A program made the translations under genes and the position numbers. Below the pieces are notes generated by a model. The model was not told the origin of the DNA and did no database searches. It saw nothing but the letters and a program-made list of their open reading frames with translations. A stretch of 64,000 nucleotides of DNA from Lingula anatina (taxonomy: Eukaryota; Animalia; Brachiopoda): NCBI GenBank assembly GCA_051362555.1, contig CM120647.1:2976001-3040000 (forward strand), in the 5' to 3' direction. This document shows, in pieces, positions 10,147-22,800 of this stretch (position 1 is the stretch's first letter; every line of letters begins with the position of its first letter).

Positions 10147-12180
10147 CAGTCAGATGGCAACTGGCTGAAAAATGTAACGTCATGGCGGTTATTTGAAATT
10201 TTTCAGTGAGTCCGCGTCACGAAATTGCGCCGTTATTCGACAACTGCGATGGCCGACGTGAAAAATCATACCTTGCAAATAAAGCTCTATTAAAATCTAA
10301 CAAGGGCACTCTGTGCAGTCATTTTTTATAGACATGTAGAAAAGCATGTACTCTTACCCGTGGTTTCAAAGCATTACGGAAATGAGCATTATTTATGAAT
10401 GAAATACGGACACGATTTTAGGACTTTGGAAAAAAAATGAACCAAAAAATGTATCTCGTAGGGGGTGGGACTATAGTGCGAGGAATAAAGTTGCCAGCCT
10501 GAATTTTTATCATTTTTAGATATAAAATAAAATATCATCATGGGTTATTTTTCAAAGTTTCAAGAATGCGTTATCTCTAGTATAGTCACACTGCTCCTGA
10601 ATTCAACAGTCGACAAAATAAAACTAAAAAATTGACATTTCTCGATACCTCTGCCAAATAGTGAAATTTCGCGACCTTGATACTGCTGAATATTGAACTT
10701 TTTATTCAAATATAATAAAAACTAACCTGAGAACGATGTTGAATCAGACGCAACCGATTTAAACTAGTTCCAGTGAGTATTTTCCTGAATGACCTTCACC
10801 TATCCTTGATGCGTGGCATGCGACAGACAACCCTGTATCTTTGTAGGTGCATTTTGGAAATTGCTCCTATTCTGTTAGATTTCATCAATGGGATTTTATC
10901 ATTTATACAAAAATCGATCCTAAGATAGGGTTTGTGTATTCTGATATCATTTATGCAGGAGGTTATATGTTGACCTATATATATATTTTTTCGTAAACAA
11001 GTTTGACAAGTGAAAAAATGTATCCAAAAAGTATCAAAGATTCAAATGCCGCATCTCAAATAGCTGGGTAGCTTAGTCCATAGTTGCAAAATGAAGGGTG
11101 TGTGGGAATAATAGAAGAATGAAGATTTTAGGGTAAATTATTTAAAATTTGACTTAATATACTGTAATTGACATATTATACGTTTTTGAAGAATTTTTTT
11201 AAGCTGGAAAATTTAGGATTGCCATGAGAAATAAAGTTCTTCTTTTTCTTTAAAAGCCAAATTTTTCTTGTTCTTACATCCTACTAATAGAACTCCTCCA
11301 CACCACGGGAAAAACTATCGAAGCCGTTCTCAATATAAGAACAAGTCTGTTAATATTCATAATTTTTACTATGTATAAAAAACAAACAGTGTAAGCAGAG
11401 CCGCAGTCCGCAATGGTACACAGAATGAATATGTTGTGTTCAGTCTACTCGTAACTCCGGATTGTGCAGAATACACTTATGGAAGCAAATTTTGAGGAGG
11501 ATTCGCATCACTCAGCTTGTTTTGTGTAGGTGCGAAATCGATAAACATCCGTCTTTTGAAATTAGACATTTAGAAAGGTAAAATGAGTTAAACACCTTAG
11601 ATATTATTTATTATACTAAAAGGCCATTTTATTTTGCAAATAAGTGAAAAGTATTTTACTTCTCGAAATTTAATGAAATCTTCAGACATTCACTTGCTTC
11701 TGTATTGGAGAATATGACGTCAGAATATGGCTGACATCTAGCGGAATAGGGTCAAAAAATGCACTTTAACAACTCGCATAAAAAGTTGCTACAATAAACT
11801 TCGATGAAACTTGACAATTATATTTCTTATTAAAAAAGTCACATTTTACGGACTTTACTAAGATGCCTTATTTCTAATAAAGGAGAAATCTCAAATTGTT
11901 ACAGTGTTGCTACGGCCCAAAATTGACCCGTTGGCCGACTTCGTCGAGTTCTAACTCGTTCATTTCTGCTTCCTTGCAAGTGAAACGCACACGTCGAGAC
12001 GCGTAGTGAACTCTGCTACCACGTCTTAATTTTTCACAAGCACGTATGAGGGCAATTAAGAAAAATTCATGAACTTCTGCGATGGTTACGCATTTTACAA
12101 AATTTCGACCGCAACGTCATCTCAGCGCACGCGCTCCGTTCTGAATATTTTCCTATGCGCAGCCAGTTGCCATATGACTG
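10147..12180. mobile_element. 2034-bp non-autonomous TIR DNA transposon, superfamily unassigned, 3-bp TSD (AAT)
   Basis: Left TIR CAGTCAGATGGCAACTGGCTG; right TIR reverse complement CAGTCATATGGCAACTGGCTG (20/21). AAT at 10144-10146 and 12181-12183. Paralogous empty sites TTTAAAGATGTTGG near 13176 and 13539 match the reconstructed TTTAAATATGTTGG in length. No long ORF. Confidence 0.92.
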
Positions 12181-12183
12181 AAT

Positions 12184-12560
12184 ATGTTGGTCTTTTTCCA
12201 GGTGACCTTTTCCATACAGCGTAGTGGCATTTTTATGAACTGATTCGTCCTGTCTGGTCATGGCTAAAAAACAGGCAGTGAAAGACCACAGCAATAGCAA
12301 TGGTGTGTGTCATCCATTTGAACAATAGATGGTATGTGGCAAGCTTTAGGACATTGTCAAATAGTGTGCTAAACTCGATTCCAGAAACCCATTGAAAGGA
12401 GGAATCTGCATCTGGTATTGGTAGTAAGGAGAAGTCTTGAATGGGTATTTATTGTTTTCTTACAAAAACAAACTCGAATCATAACAAATGATGTTAAATG
12501 TGAGGCTAATTATATGTTGTGATATTGAAAAAAAATGTTTTCTGTAATTCTCACTCTTCT
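12184..12560 (+). repeat. Non-satellite interspersed segment, copy 1 (longest; its 5' end lies at ~10137-10146, before the transposon)
   Basis: ATGTTGGTCTTTTTCCAGGTGACCTTTTCCATACAG...GAATCTGCATCTGGTATTGGT is shared with 13168-13300 and 13531-13800. Confidence 0.9.
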
Positions 12561-13167
12561 GAATTTGGCTGTCTTTTCAGTGTTATTTTCAGTTTTGTCA
12601 AATTTAATGTCGGAAAAAATTTCTTTTTTGTTGGACCCAGTCAACTGATGAGCTTATCACAGATATTTATTGTTGTTATGCATCATCTTTCCAAATTTCA
12701 CAAATATTCGACTAGATTTGTCAAAATTATTAACATTTAACTATTCTTTGCCCTGGAATTTGACAGTCTTTTTCATGTAATATTCAGTTTTCTCAAATTT
12801 AAATGCTCTGAAAAGATCTTTTCCATAAAACACTGTCATCTGATAAGCTTATCACAGATTTTTATTGTTGTTATGCATCATCTCACCAAATTTCACAAAT
12901 ATTCGACTAGATTTGTCAAAATTATTAACATTTAACTATTCTTTGCCCTGGAATTTGGCAGTCTTTTTCATGTAATATTCAGTTTTCTCAAATTTATATG
13001 CTCTGAAAAGATCTTTTCCATAAAACACTGTTATCTGATAAGCTTATCACAGATTTTTATTGTTGTTATGCATCATATGTCCAAATTTCCCATATATTGG
13101 ATTAGTTTTGTAAAAATTATTAACCTTTTACTATATTTAGGCACAGAATTTAGCAGTCTTTTGAATG
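12561..13167 (+). repeat. Three diverged satellite monomers (one undeleted B-like, two A-like)
   Basis: Same core motifs as the main array; monomer starts near 12561, 12751 and 12946. Confidence 0.92.
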
Positions 13168-13300
13168 TATATATATTTAAAGATGTTGGTCTTTTTCCAG
13201 GTGACCTTTTCCATACAGTGTGGTGGCTTTTTTGATGAACTGATTCTTCCTGTCTGGTCATGGCTAATTCCTATAGAAAAAACAGGCAGTGAAAGACAAC
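13168..13300 (+). repeat. Non-satellite interspersed segment, copy 2 (3' truncated)
   Basis: Matches copy 3 at a 363-bp offset (ORFs 13073 and 13436); rejoins satellite at ...GACAAC|TATTTT. Confidence 0.9.
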
Positions 13301-13530
13301 TATTTTATACCATGGAATTTGGCTGTCTTTTCAGTGTTGATTTCAGTTTTCTCAAATTTATTGTCTGAAAAAAATATTTTGTGTTGGACCCAGTCAACTG
13401 ATGAGCTTATCACAGATTTTTATTGTTGTCATGCATCATCTGTCGAAATTTGACAAATATTGGATTAGTTTTGTAAAAATTATTAACCTTTTACTATATT
13501 TAGGCACAGAATTTAGCAGTCTTTTGAATG

Positions 13531-13800
13531 TATATATATTTAAAGATGTTGGTCTTTTTCCAGGTGACCTTTTCCATACAGTGTGGTGGCTTTTTTGATG
13601 AACTGATTCTTCCTGTCTGGTCATGGCTAATTCCTATAGAAAAAACAGGCAGTGAAAGACAACAGCAATAGCAATGGTCTGTGTCATCCATTTGTACAAT
13701 AGATGGTATGTGGCAAGCTTTAGGACATTGTCAAATGGTGTGCTAAACCCAATTCCAGAAACCCATTGAAAGGAGGAATCTGCATCTGGTATTGGTGGTA
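13531..13800 (+). repeat. Non-satellite interspersed segment, copy 3
   Basis: Aligns to 12184-12425 with an extra ~11 bp (TTCCTATAGAA region) shared with copy 2. Confidence 0.9.
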
Positions 13801-16800
13801 TTTTTATGGTTGTTATGCATCATCAAAATCTTTTTTGTTGGACCCAATCAACTGATGAGCTTATCCCAAATTTTTATTGTTGTTATGCATCATATTTATT
13901 GTCCGAAAAAATCTTTTCTGTTGGACCCAGTCAACTGATAAGAATATGACAGATTTTTATAGTTGTTATGCATCATTATTTCAAATTTCACAAATATTTG
14001 ACTAGATTTGTCAAAATTATTAACGTTTAACTATTCTTTTGCCCTGGAATTTGGCTGTCTTTTCAGTTTTCACAAATTTATTGTCCGAAAAAATCTTTTC
14101 TGTTAGACCCAGTCAACTAATAAGAATATCACAGATTTATATTGTTGTTATGCATCATCTCACCGAATTTCACAACTATTCGACTAGATTTGTCAAAATT
14201 ATTAACGTTTAACTATTCTTTGCCCTGGAATTTGGCTGTCTTTTCAGTTTTCACAAATTTATTGTCCGAAAAAATCTTTTCTGTTTGACTGAGTCAATTG
14301 ATAAGAATATCACAGATTTATATTGTTGTTATGCATCATCTCACCGAATTTCACAACTATTCGACAAGATTTGTCAAAATTATTAACGTTTAACTATTCT
14401 TTTGCCCTGGAATTTGGGAGTCTTTTTCATGTGATATTCAGTTTTCTCAAATTTATATGCTCTGAAAAGATCTTTTCCATAAAACACTGTCATCTGATAA
14501 GCTTATCACAGATTTATATTGTTGTTATGCATCATCTCACTGAATTTCACAACTATTCGACTAGATTTGTCAAAATTATTAACGTTTAACTATTCTTTGC
14601 CCTGGAATTTGGCTGTCTTTTCAGTTTTCACAAATTTATTGTCCGAAAAAATCTTTTCTGTCTGACCCACTCAACTGATAAGAATATCACGGATTTTTAT
14701 TATTTTTATGCATCATTTTTCCGAATTTCACAAATATTCGACAAGATTTGTCAAAATTATTAACGTTTAACTATTCTTTTGCCCTGGAATTTGGGAGTCT
14801 TTTTCATGTGATATTCAGTTTTCTCAAATTTATATGCTCTGAAAAGATCTTTTCCATAAAACACTGTCATCTGATAAGCTTATCACAGATTTTTATTGTT
14901 GTTATGCATCATCTCACCGAATTTCACAACTATTCGACTAGATCTGTCAAAATTATTAACGTTTAACTATTCTTTGCCCTGGAATTTGGCTGTCTTTTCA
15001 GTTTTCACAAATTTATTGTCCGAAAAAATCTTTTCTGTTTGAACGAGTCAACTGATAAGAATATCACAGATTTTTATTCTTGTTATGCATCATCTTTCCA
15101 AATTTCACAAATATTCGACTAGATTTGTCAAAATTATTAACGTTTAACTATTCTTTTGCCCTGGAATTTGGCAGTCTTTTTCATGTGATATTCAGTTTTC
15201 TCAAATTTATATGCTCTGAAAAGATCTTTTCCATAAAACACTGTCATCTAATAAGCTTATCACAGATTGATATTGTTGTTATGCATCATCTCACCAAATT
15301 TCACAACTATTCGACTAGATCTGTCAAAATTATTAACGTTTAACTATTCTTTGCCCTGGAATTTGGCTGTCTTTTCAGTTTTCACAAATTTATTGTCCGA
15401 AAAAATCTTTTCTGTTTGACCGAGTCAACTGATAAGAATATCACAGATTTTTATTCTTGTTATGCATCATCTTTCCAAATTTCACAAATATTCGACTAGA
15501 TTTGTCAAAATTATTAACGTTTAACTATTCTTTGCCCTGGAATTTGGCTGTCTTTTCAGTTTTCTCAAATTTATTGTCCGAAAAAATCTTTTCTGTTTTA
15601 CCGAGTCAACTGATAAGAATATCACGGATTTTTATTGTTGTTATGCATCATCTTTCCAAATTTCACAAATATTCGACAAGATTTGTCAAAATTATTAACG
15701 TTTAACTATTCTTTTGCCCTGGAATTTGGGAGTCTTTTTCATGTGATATTCAGTTTTCTCAAATTTATATGCTCTGAAAAGATCTTTTCCATAAAACACT
15801 GTCATCTGATAAGCTTATCACAGATTTATATTGTTGTTATGCATCATCTCACCGAATTTCACAACTATTTGACTAGATTTGTCAAAATTATTAACGTTTA
15901 ACTATTCTTTGCCCTGGAATTTGGTTGTCTTTTCAGTTTTCTCAAATTTATTGTCCGAAAAAATCTTTTCTGTTTGACCCACTCAACTGATAAGAATATC
16001 ACTGATTTTTATTGTTGTTATGCATCATCTTTCCAAATTTCACAAATATTCGACAAGATTTGTCAAAATTATTAACGTTTAACTATTCTTTTGCCCTGGA
16101 ATTTGGCAGTCTTTTTCATGTGATATTCAGTTTTCTCAAATTTATATGCTCTGAAAAGATCTTTTCCATAAAACACTGTCATGTGATAAGCTTATCACAG
16201 ATTTATATTGTTATTATGCATCATCTCACCAAATTTCACAACTATTGGACTAGATTTGTGAAAATTATTAACGTTTAACTATTCTTTTGCCCTAGAATTT
16301 GGCAGTCTTTTTCATGTGATATTCAGTTTTCTCAAATTTATATGCTCTGAAAAGATCTTTTCCATAAAACACTGTCATCTGATAAGCTTATCACAGATTT
16401 ATATTGTTGTTATGCATCATCTTTCCGAATTTCACAACTATTCGACTAGATTTGTCAAAATTATTAACATTTAACTATTTTTTGCCCTGGAATTTGGTTG
16501 TCTTTTCAGTTTTCTCAAATTTATTGTCCGAAAAAATCTTTTCTGTTTGACCCACTCAACTGATAAGAATATCACGGATTTTTATTCTTGTTATGCATCA
16601 TCATTCCAAATTTCACAAATATACGACTAGATTTCTTAAAATTATTACCGTTTATCTATTCTTTGCCATGGAATTTGGCAGTCTTTTTCATGTGATATTC
16701 AGTTTTCTCAAATTTATATGCTCTGAAAACATCTTTTCCATAAAACACTGTCATCTGATAAGCTTATCACAGATTTATATTGTTGTTATGCATCATCTCA

Positions 16801-19800
16801 CCGAATTTCACAACTAATCGACTAGATTTGTCAAAATTATTAACGTTTAACTATTCTTTGCCCTGGAATTTGGCTGTCTTTTCAGTTTTCTCAAATTTAT
16901 TGTCCGAAAAAATCTTTTCTGTTTGACCCACTCAACTGATAAGAATATCACGGATTTTTATTCTTGTTATGCATCATCATTCCGAATTTCACAAATATTC
17001 GACTAGATTTCTTAAAATTATTACCGTTTATCTATTCTTTGCCATGGAATTTGGCAGTCTTTTTCATGTGATATTCAGTTTTCTCAAATTTATATGCTCT
17101 GAAAACATCTTTTCCATAAAACACTGTCATCTGATAAGCTTATCACAGATTTATATTGTTGTTATGCATCATCTTTCCGAATTTCACAACTATTCGACTA
17201 GATTTGTCAAAATTATTAACGTTTAACTATTTTTTGCCCTGGAATTTGGTTGTCTTTTCAGTTTTCTCAAATTTATTGTCCGAAAAAATCTTTTCTGTTT
17301 GACCCACTCAACTGATAAGAATATCACAGATTTATATTCTTGTTATGCATCATCATTCCGAATTTCACAAATATTCAACTAGATTTCTTAAAATTATTAC
17401 CGTTTATCTATTCTTTGCCATGGAATTTGGCAGTCTTTTTCATGTGATATTCAGTTTTCTCAAATTTATATGCTCTGAAAACATCTTTTCCATAAAGCAC
17501 TGTCATCTGATAAGCTCATCACAGATTTATATTGTTGTTATGCATCATCTCACCGAATTTCACAACTAATCGACTAGATTTGTCAAAATTATTAACGTTT
17601 AACTATTCTTTGCCCTGGAATTTGGCTGTCTTTTCAGTTTTCACAAATTTATTGTCTGAAAAAATCTTTTCTGTTTGACCTAGTCAACTGATAAGAATAT
17701 CACAGATTTTTATTGTTGTTATGCATCATCTCACCAAATTTCACAACTATTCGACTAGATTTGTCAAAATTATTAACGTTTAACTATTCTTTGCCCTGGA
17801 ATTTGGCTGTCTTTTCAGTTTTCTCAAATTTATTGTCCGAAAAAATCTTTTCTGTTTGACCGAGTCAAGTGATAAGAATATCACGGATTTTTATTGTTGT
17901 TATGCATCATCTTTCCAAATTTCACAAATATTTGACAAGATTTGTCAAAATTATTAACGTTTAACTATTCTTTTACCCTGGAATTTGGCAGTCTTTTTCA
18001 TGTGATATTCAGTTTTCTCAAATTTATATGCTCTGAAAAGATCTTTTCCATAAAACACTGTCATCTGATAAGCTTATCACAGATTTATATTGTTGTTATG
18101 CATCATCTCACCGAATTTCACAACTATTCGACTAGATTTGTCAAAATTATTAACGTTTAACTATTCTTTGCCCTGGAATTTGGTTGTCTTTTCAGTTTTC
18201 TCAAATTTATTGTCCGAAAAAATCTTTTCTGTTTGACCCAGTCAACTGATAAGAATATCACTGATTTTTATTGTTGTTATGCATCATCTTTCCAAATTTC
18301 ACAAATATTCGACAAGATTTGTCAAAATTATTAACGTTTAACTATTCTTTTGCCCTGGAATTTGGCAGTCTTTTTCATGTGATATTCAGTTTTCTCAAAT
18401 TTATATGCTCTGAAAAGATCTTTTCCATAAAACACTGTCATCTGATAAGCTTATCACAGATTTATATTGTTGTTATGCATCATCTTTCCGAATTTCACAA
18501 CTATTCGACTAGATTTGTCAAAATTATTAACGTTTAACTATTTTTTGCCCTGGAATTTGGTTGTCTTTTCAGTTTTCTCAAATTTATTGTCCGAAAAAAT
18601 CTTTTCTGTTTGACCCACTCAACTGATAAGAATATCGCAGATTTATATTCTTGTTATGCATCATCATTCCGAATTTCACAAATATTCGACTAGATTTCTT
18701 AAAATTATTACCGTTTATCTATTCTTTGCCATGGAATTTGGCAGTCTTTTTCATGTGATATTCAGTTTTCTCAAATTTATATGCTCTGAAAACATCTTTT
18801 CCATAAAACACTGTCATCTGATAAGCTTATCACAGATTTATATTGTTGTTATGCATCATCTCACCGAATTTCACAACTAATCGACTAGATTTGTCAAAAT
18901 TATTAACGTTTAACTATTCTTTGCCCTGGAATTTGGCTGTCTTTTCAGTTTTCACAAATTTATTGTCCGAAAAAATCTTTTCTGTTTGACCGAGTCAACT
19001 GATAAGAATATCACAGATTTTTATTCTTGTTATGCATCATCTTTCCAAATTTCACAAATATTTGACTAGATTTGTCAAAATTATTAACGTTTAACTATTC
19101 TTTGCCCTGGAATTTAGTTGTCTTTCCAGTTTTCTCAAATTTATTGTCCGAAAAAATCTTTTCTGTTAGACCCACTCAACTGATAAGAATATCACGGATT
19201 TTTATTGTTGTTATGCATCATCTTTCCAAATTTCACAAATATTCGACAAGATTTGTCAAAATTATTAACGTTTAACTATTCTTTTACCCTGGAATTTGGC
19301 AGTCTTTTTCATGTGATATTCTGTTTTCTCAAATTTATATGCTCTGAAAAGATCTTTTCCATAAAACACTGTCATCTGATAAGCTTATCACAGATTTATA
19401 TTGTTATTATGCATCATCTCACCAAATTTCACAACTATTCGACTAGATTTGTGAAAATTATTAACGTTTAACTATTCTTTGCCCTGGAATTTGGCTGTCT
19501 TTTCAGTTTTCACAAATTTATTGTCCGAAAAAATCTTTTCTGTTTGACCGAGTCAACTGATAAGAATATCACAGATTTTTATTCTTGTTATGCATCATCT
19601 TTCCAAATTTCACAAATATTTGACTAGATTTGTCAAAATTATTAACGTTTAACTATTCTTTGCCCTGGAATTTAGTTGTCTTTCCAGTTTTCTCAAATTT
19701 ATTGTCCGAAAAAATCTTTTCTGTTAGACCCACTCAACTGATAAGAATATCACGGATTTTTATTGTTGTTATGCATCATCTTTCCAAATTTCACAAATAT

Positions 19801-22800
19801 TCGACAAGATTTGTCAAAATTATTAACGTTTAACTATTCTTTTACCCTGGAATTTGGCAGTCTTTTTCATGTGATATTCTGTTTTCTCAAATTTATATGC
19901 TCTGAAAAGATCTTTTCCATAAAACACTGTCATCTGATAAGCTTATCACAGATTTATATTGTTATTATGCATCATCTCACCAAATTTCACAACTATTCGA
20001 CTAGATTTGTGAAAATTATTAACGTTTAACTATTCTTTGCCCTGGAATTTGGCTGTCTTTTCATTTTTCACAAATTTATTGTCTGAAAAAATCTTTTCTG
20101 TTTGACCGAGTCAACTGATAAGAATATCACGGATTTTTATTGTTGTTATGCATCATCTTTTCAAATTTCCCAAATATTCGACTAGATTTGTCAAAATTAT
20201 TAATGTTTAACTATTCTTTTGCCCTAGAATTTGGTAGTCTTTTTCATGTGATATTCAGTTTTCTTCAATTTATATGCTCTGAAAAGATCTTTTCCATAAA
20301 ACACTGTCATCTGATAAGCTTATCACAGATTTATATTGTTGTTATGCATCATCTCACCGAATTTCACAACTATTCGACTAGATTTGTCAAAATTATTAAC
20401 GTTTAACTATTCTTTGCCCTGGAATTTGGCTGTCTTTTCAGTTTTCACAAATTTATTGTCCGAAAAAATCTTTTCTGTTTGACTGAGTCAACTGATAAGA
20501 ATATTACGGATTTTTATTGTTGTTATGCATCATCTTTCCAAATTTCACAAATATTCGACTAGATTTGTCAAAATTATTAACGTTTAACTATTTTTTTGCC
20601 CTGGAATTTGGCAGTCTTTTTCATGTGATATTCAGTTTTCTCAAATTTATATGCTCTGAAAACATCTTTTCCATAAAACACTGTCATCTGATAAGCTTAT
20701 CACAGATTTATATTGTTGTTATGCATCATCTCACCGAATTTCACAACTAATCGACTAGATTTGTCAAAATTATTAACGTTTAACTATTCTTTGCCCTGGA
20801 ATTTGGCTGTCTTTTCAGTTTTCACAAATTTATTGTCCGAAAAAATCTTTTCTGTTTGACCGAGTCAACTGATAAGAATATCACAGATTTTTATTGTTAT
20901 TATGCATCATCTTTCCGAATTTCACAAATATTCGACTAGATTTGTCAAAATTATTAACGTTTAACTATTCTTTTGCCCTGGAATTTGGCAGTCTTTTTCA
21001 TGTGATATTCAGTTTTCTCAAATTTATATGCTCTGAAAAGATCTTTTCCATAAAACACTGTCATCTGATAAGCTTATCACAGATTTATATTGTTGTTATG
21101 CCTCTTCTCACCGAATTTCACAACTATTCGACTAGATTTGTCAAAATTATTAACGTTTAACTATTTTTTTCCCTGGAATTTGGCTGTCTTTTCAGTTTTC
21201 ACAAATTTATTGTCCGAAAAAATCTTTTCTATTTGACCGAGTCAACTGATAAGAATATTACGGATTTTTATTGTTGTTATGCATCATCTTTCCGAATTTC
21301 ACAAATATTCGACTAGATTTGTCAAAATTATTAACGTTTAACTATTCTTTTGCCCTGGAATTTGGCAGTCTTTTTCATGTGATATTCAGTTTTCTCAAAT
21401 TTATATGCTCTGAAAAGATCTTTTCCATAAAACACTGTCATCTGATAAGCTTATCACAGATTTATATTGTTGTTATGCATCATCTCACCGAATTTCACAA
21501 CTATTCGACTAGATTTGTCAAAATTATTAACGTTTAACTATTTTTTTCCCTGGAATTTGGCTGTCTTTTCAGTTTTCACAAATTTATTGTCCAAAAAAAT
21601 CTTTTCTGTTTGACCGAGTCAACTGATAAGAATATTACGGATTTTTATTGTTGTTATGCATCATCTTTCCAAATTTCACAAATATTCGACTAGATTTGTC
21701 AAAATTATTAACGTTTAACTATTTTTTTGCCCTGGAATTTGGCATTCTTTTTCATGTGATATTCAGTTTTCTCAAATTTATATGCTCTGAAAAGATCTTT
21801 TCCATAAAACACTGTCATCTGATAAGCTTATCACAGATTTATATTGTTGTTATGCATCATGTCACCGAATTTTACAACTTTTCGACTAGATTTGTCAAAA
21901 TTATTAACGTTTAACTATTTTTTTCCCTGGAATTTGGCTGTCTTTTCAGTTTTCACAAATTTATTGTCCGAAAAAATCTTTTCTGTTTGACCGAGTCAAC
22001 TGATAAGAATATCACGGATTTTTATTGTTGTTATGCATCATCTTTCCAAATTTCACAAATATTCGACTAGATTTGTCAAAATTATTAACGTTTAACTATT
22101 TTTTTGCCCTGTAATTTGGCAGTCTTTTTCATGTGATATTCAGTTTTCTTCAATTTATATGCTCTAAAAAGATCTTTTCCATAAAACACTGTCATCTGAT
22201 AAGCTTATCACAGATTTATATTGTTGTTATGCATCTTCTCACCGAATTTCACAACTATTCGACTAGATTTGTCAAAATTATTAACGTTTAACTATTTTTT
22301 TCCCTGGAATTTGGCTGTCTTTTCAGTTTTCACAAATTTATTGTCCGAAAAAATCTTTTCTGTTTGACCGAGTCAACTGATAAGAATATTACGGATTTTT
22401 ATTGTTGTTATGCATCATCTTTCCAAATTTCACAAATATTCGACTAGATTTGTCAAAATTATTAACGTTTAACTATTTTTTTGCCCTGGAATTTGGCAGT
22501 CTTTTTCATGTGATATTCAGTTTTCTCATATTTATATGCTCTGAAAACATCTTTTCCATAAAACACTGTCATCTGATAAGCTTATCACAGATTTATATTG
22601 TTGTTATGCATCATCTCACCGAATTTCACAACTAATCGACTAGATTTGTCAAAATTATTAACGTTTAACTATTCTTTGCCCTGGAATTTGGCTGTCTTTT
22701 CAGTTTTCACAAATTTATTGTCCGAAAAAATCTTTTCTGTTTGACCGAGTCAACTGATAAGAATATTACGGATTTTTATTGTTGTTATGCATCATCTTTC

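Noticed and set aside
12184-13800. Interspersed segment as a coding exon
   Set aside because: Stops in the frames tried and frame-disrupting indels between copies; kept only as a repeat.
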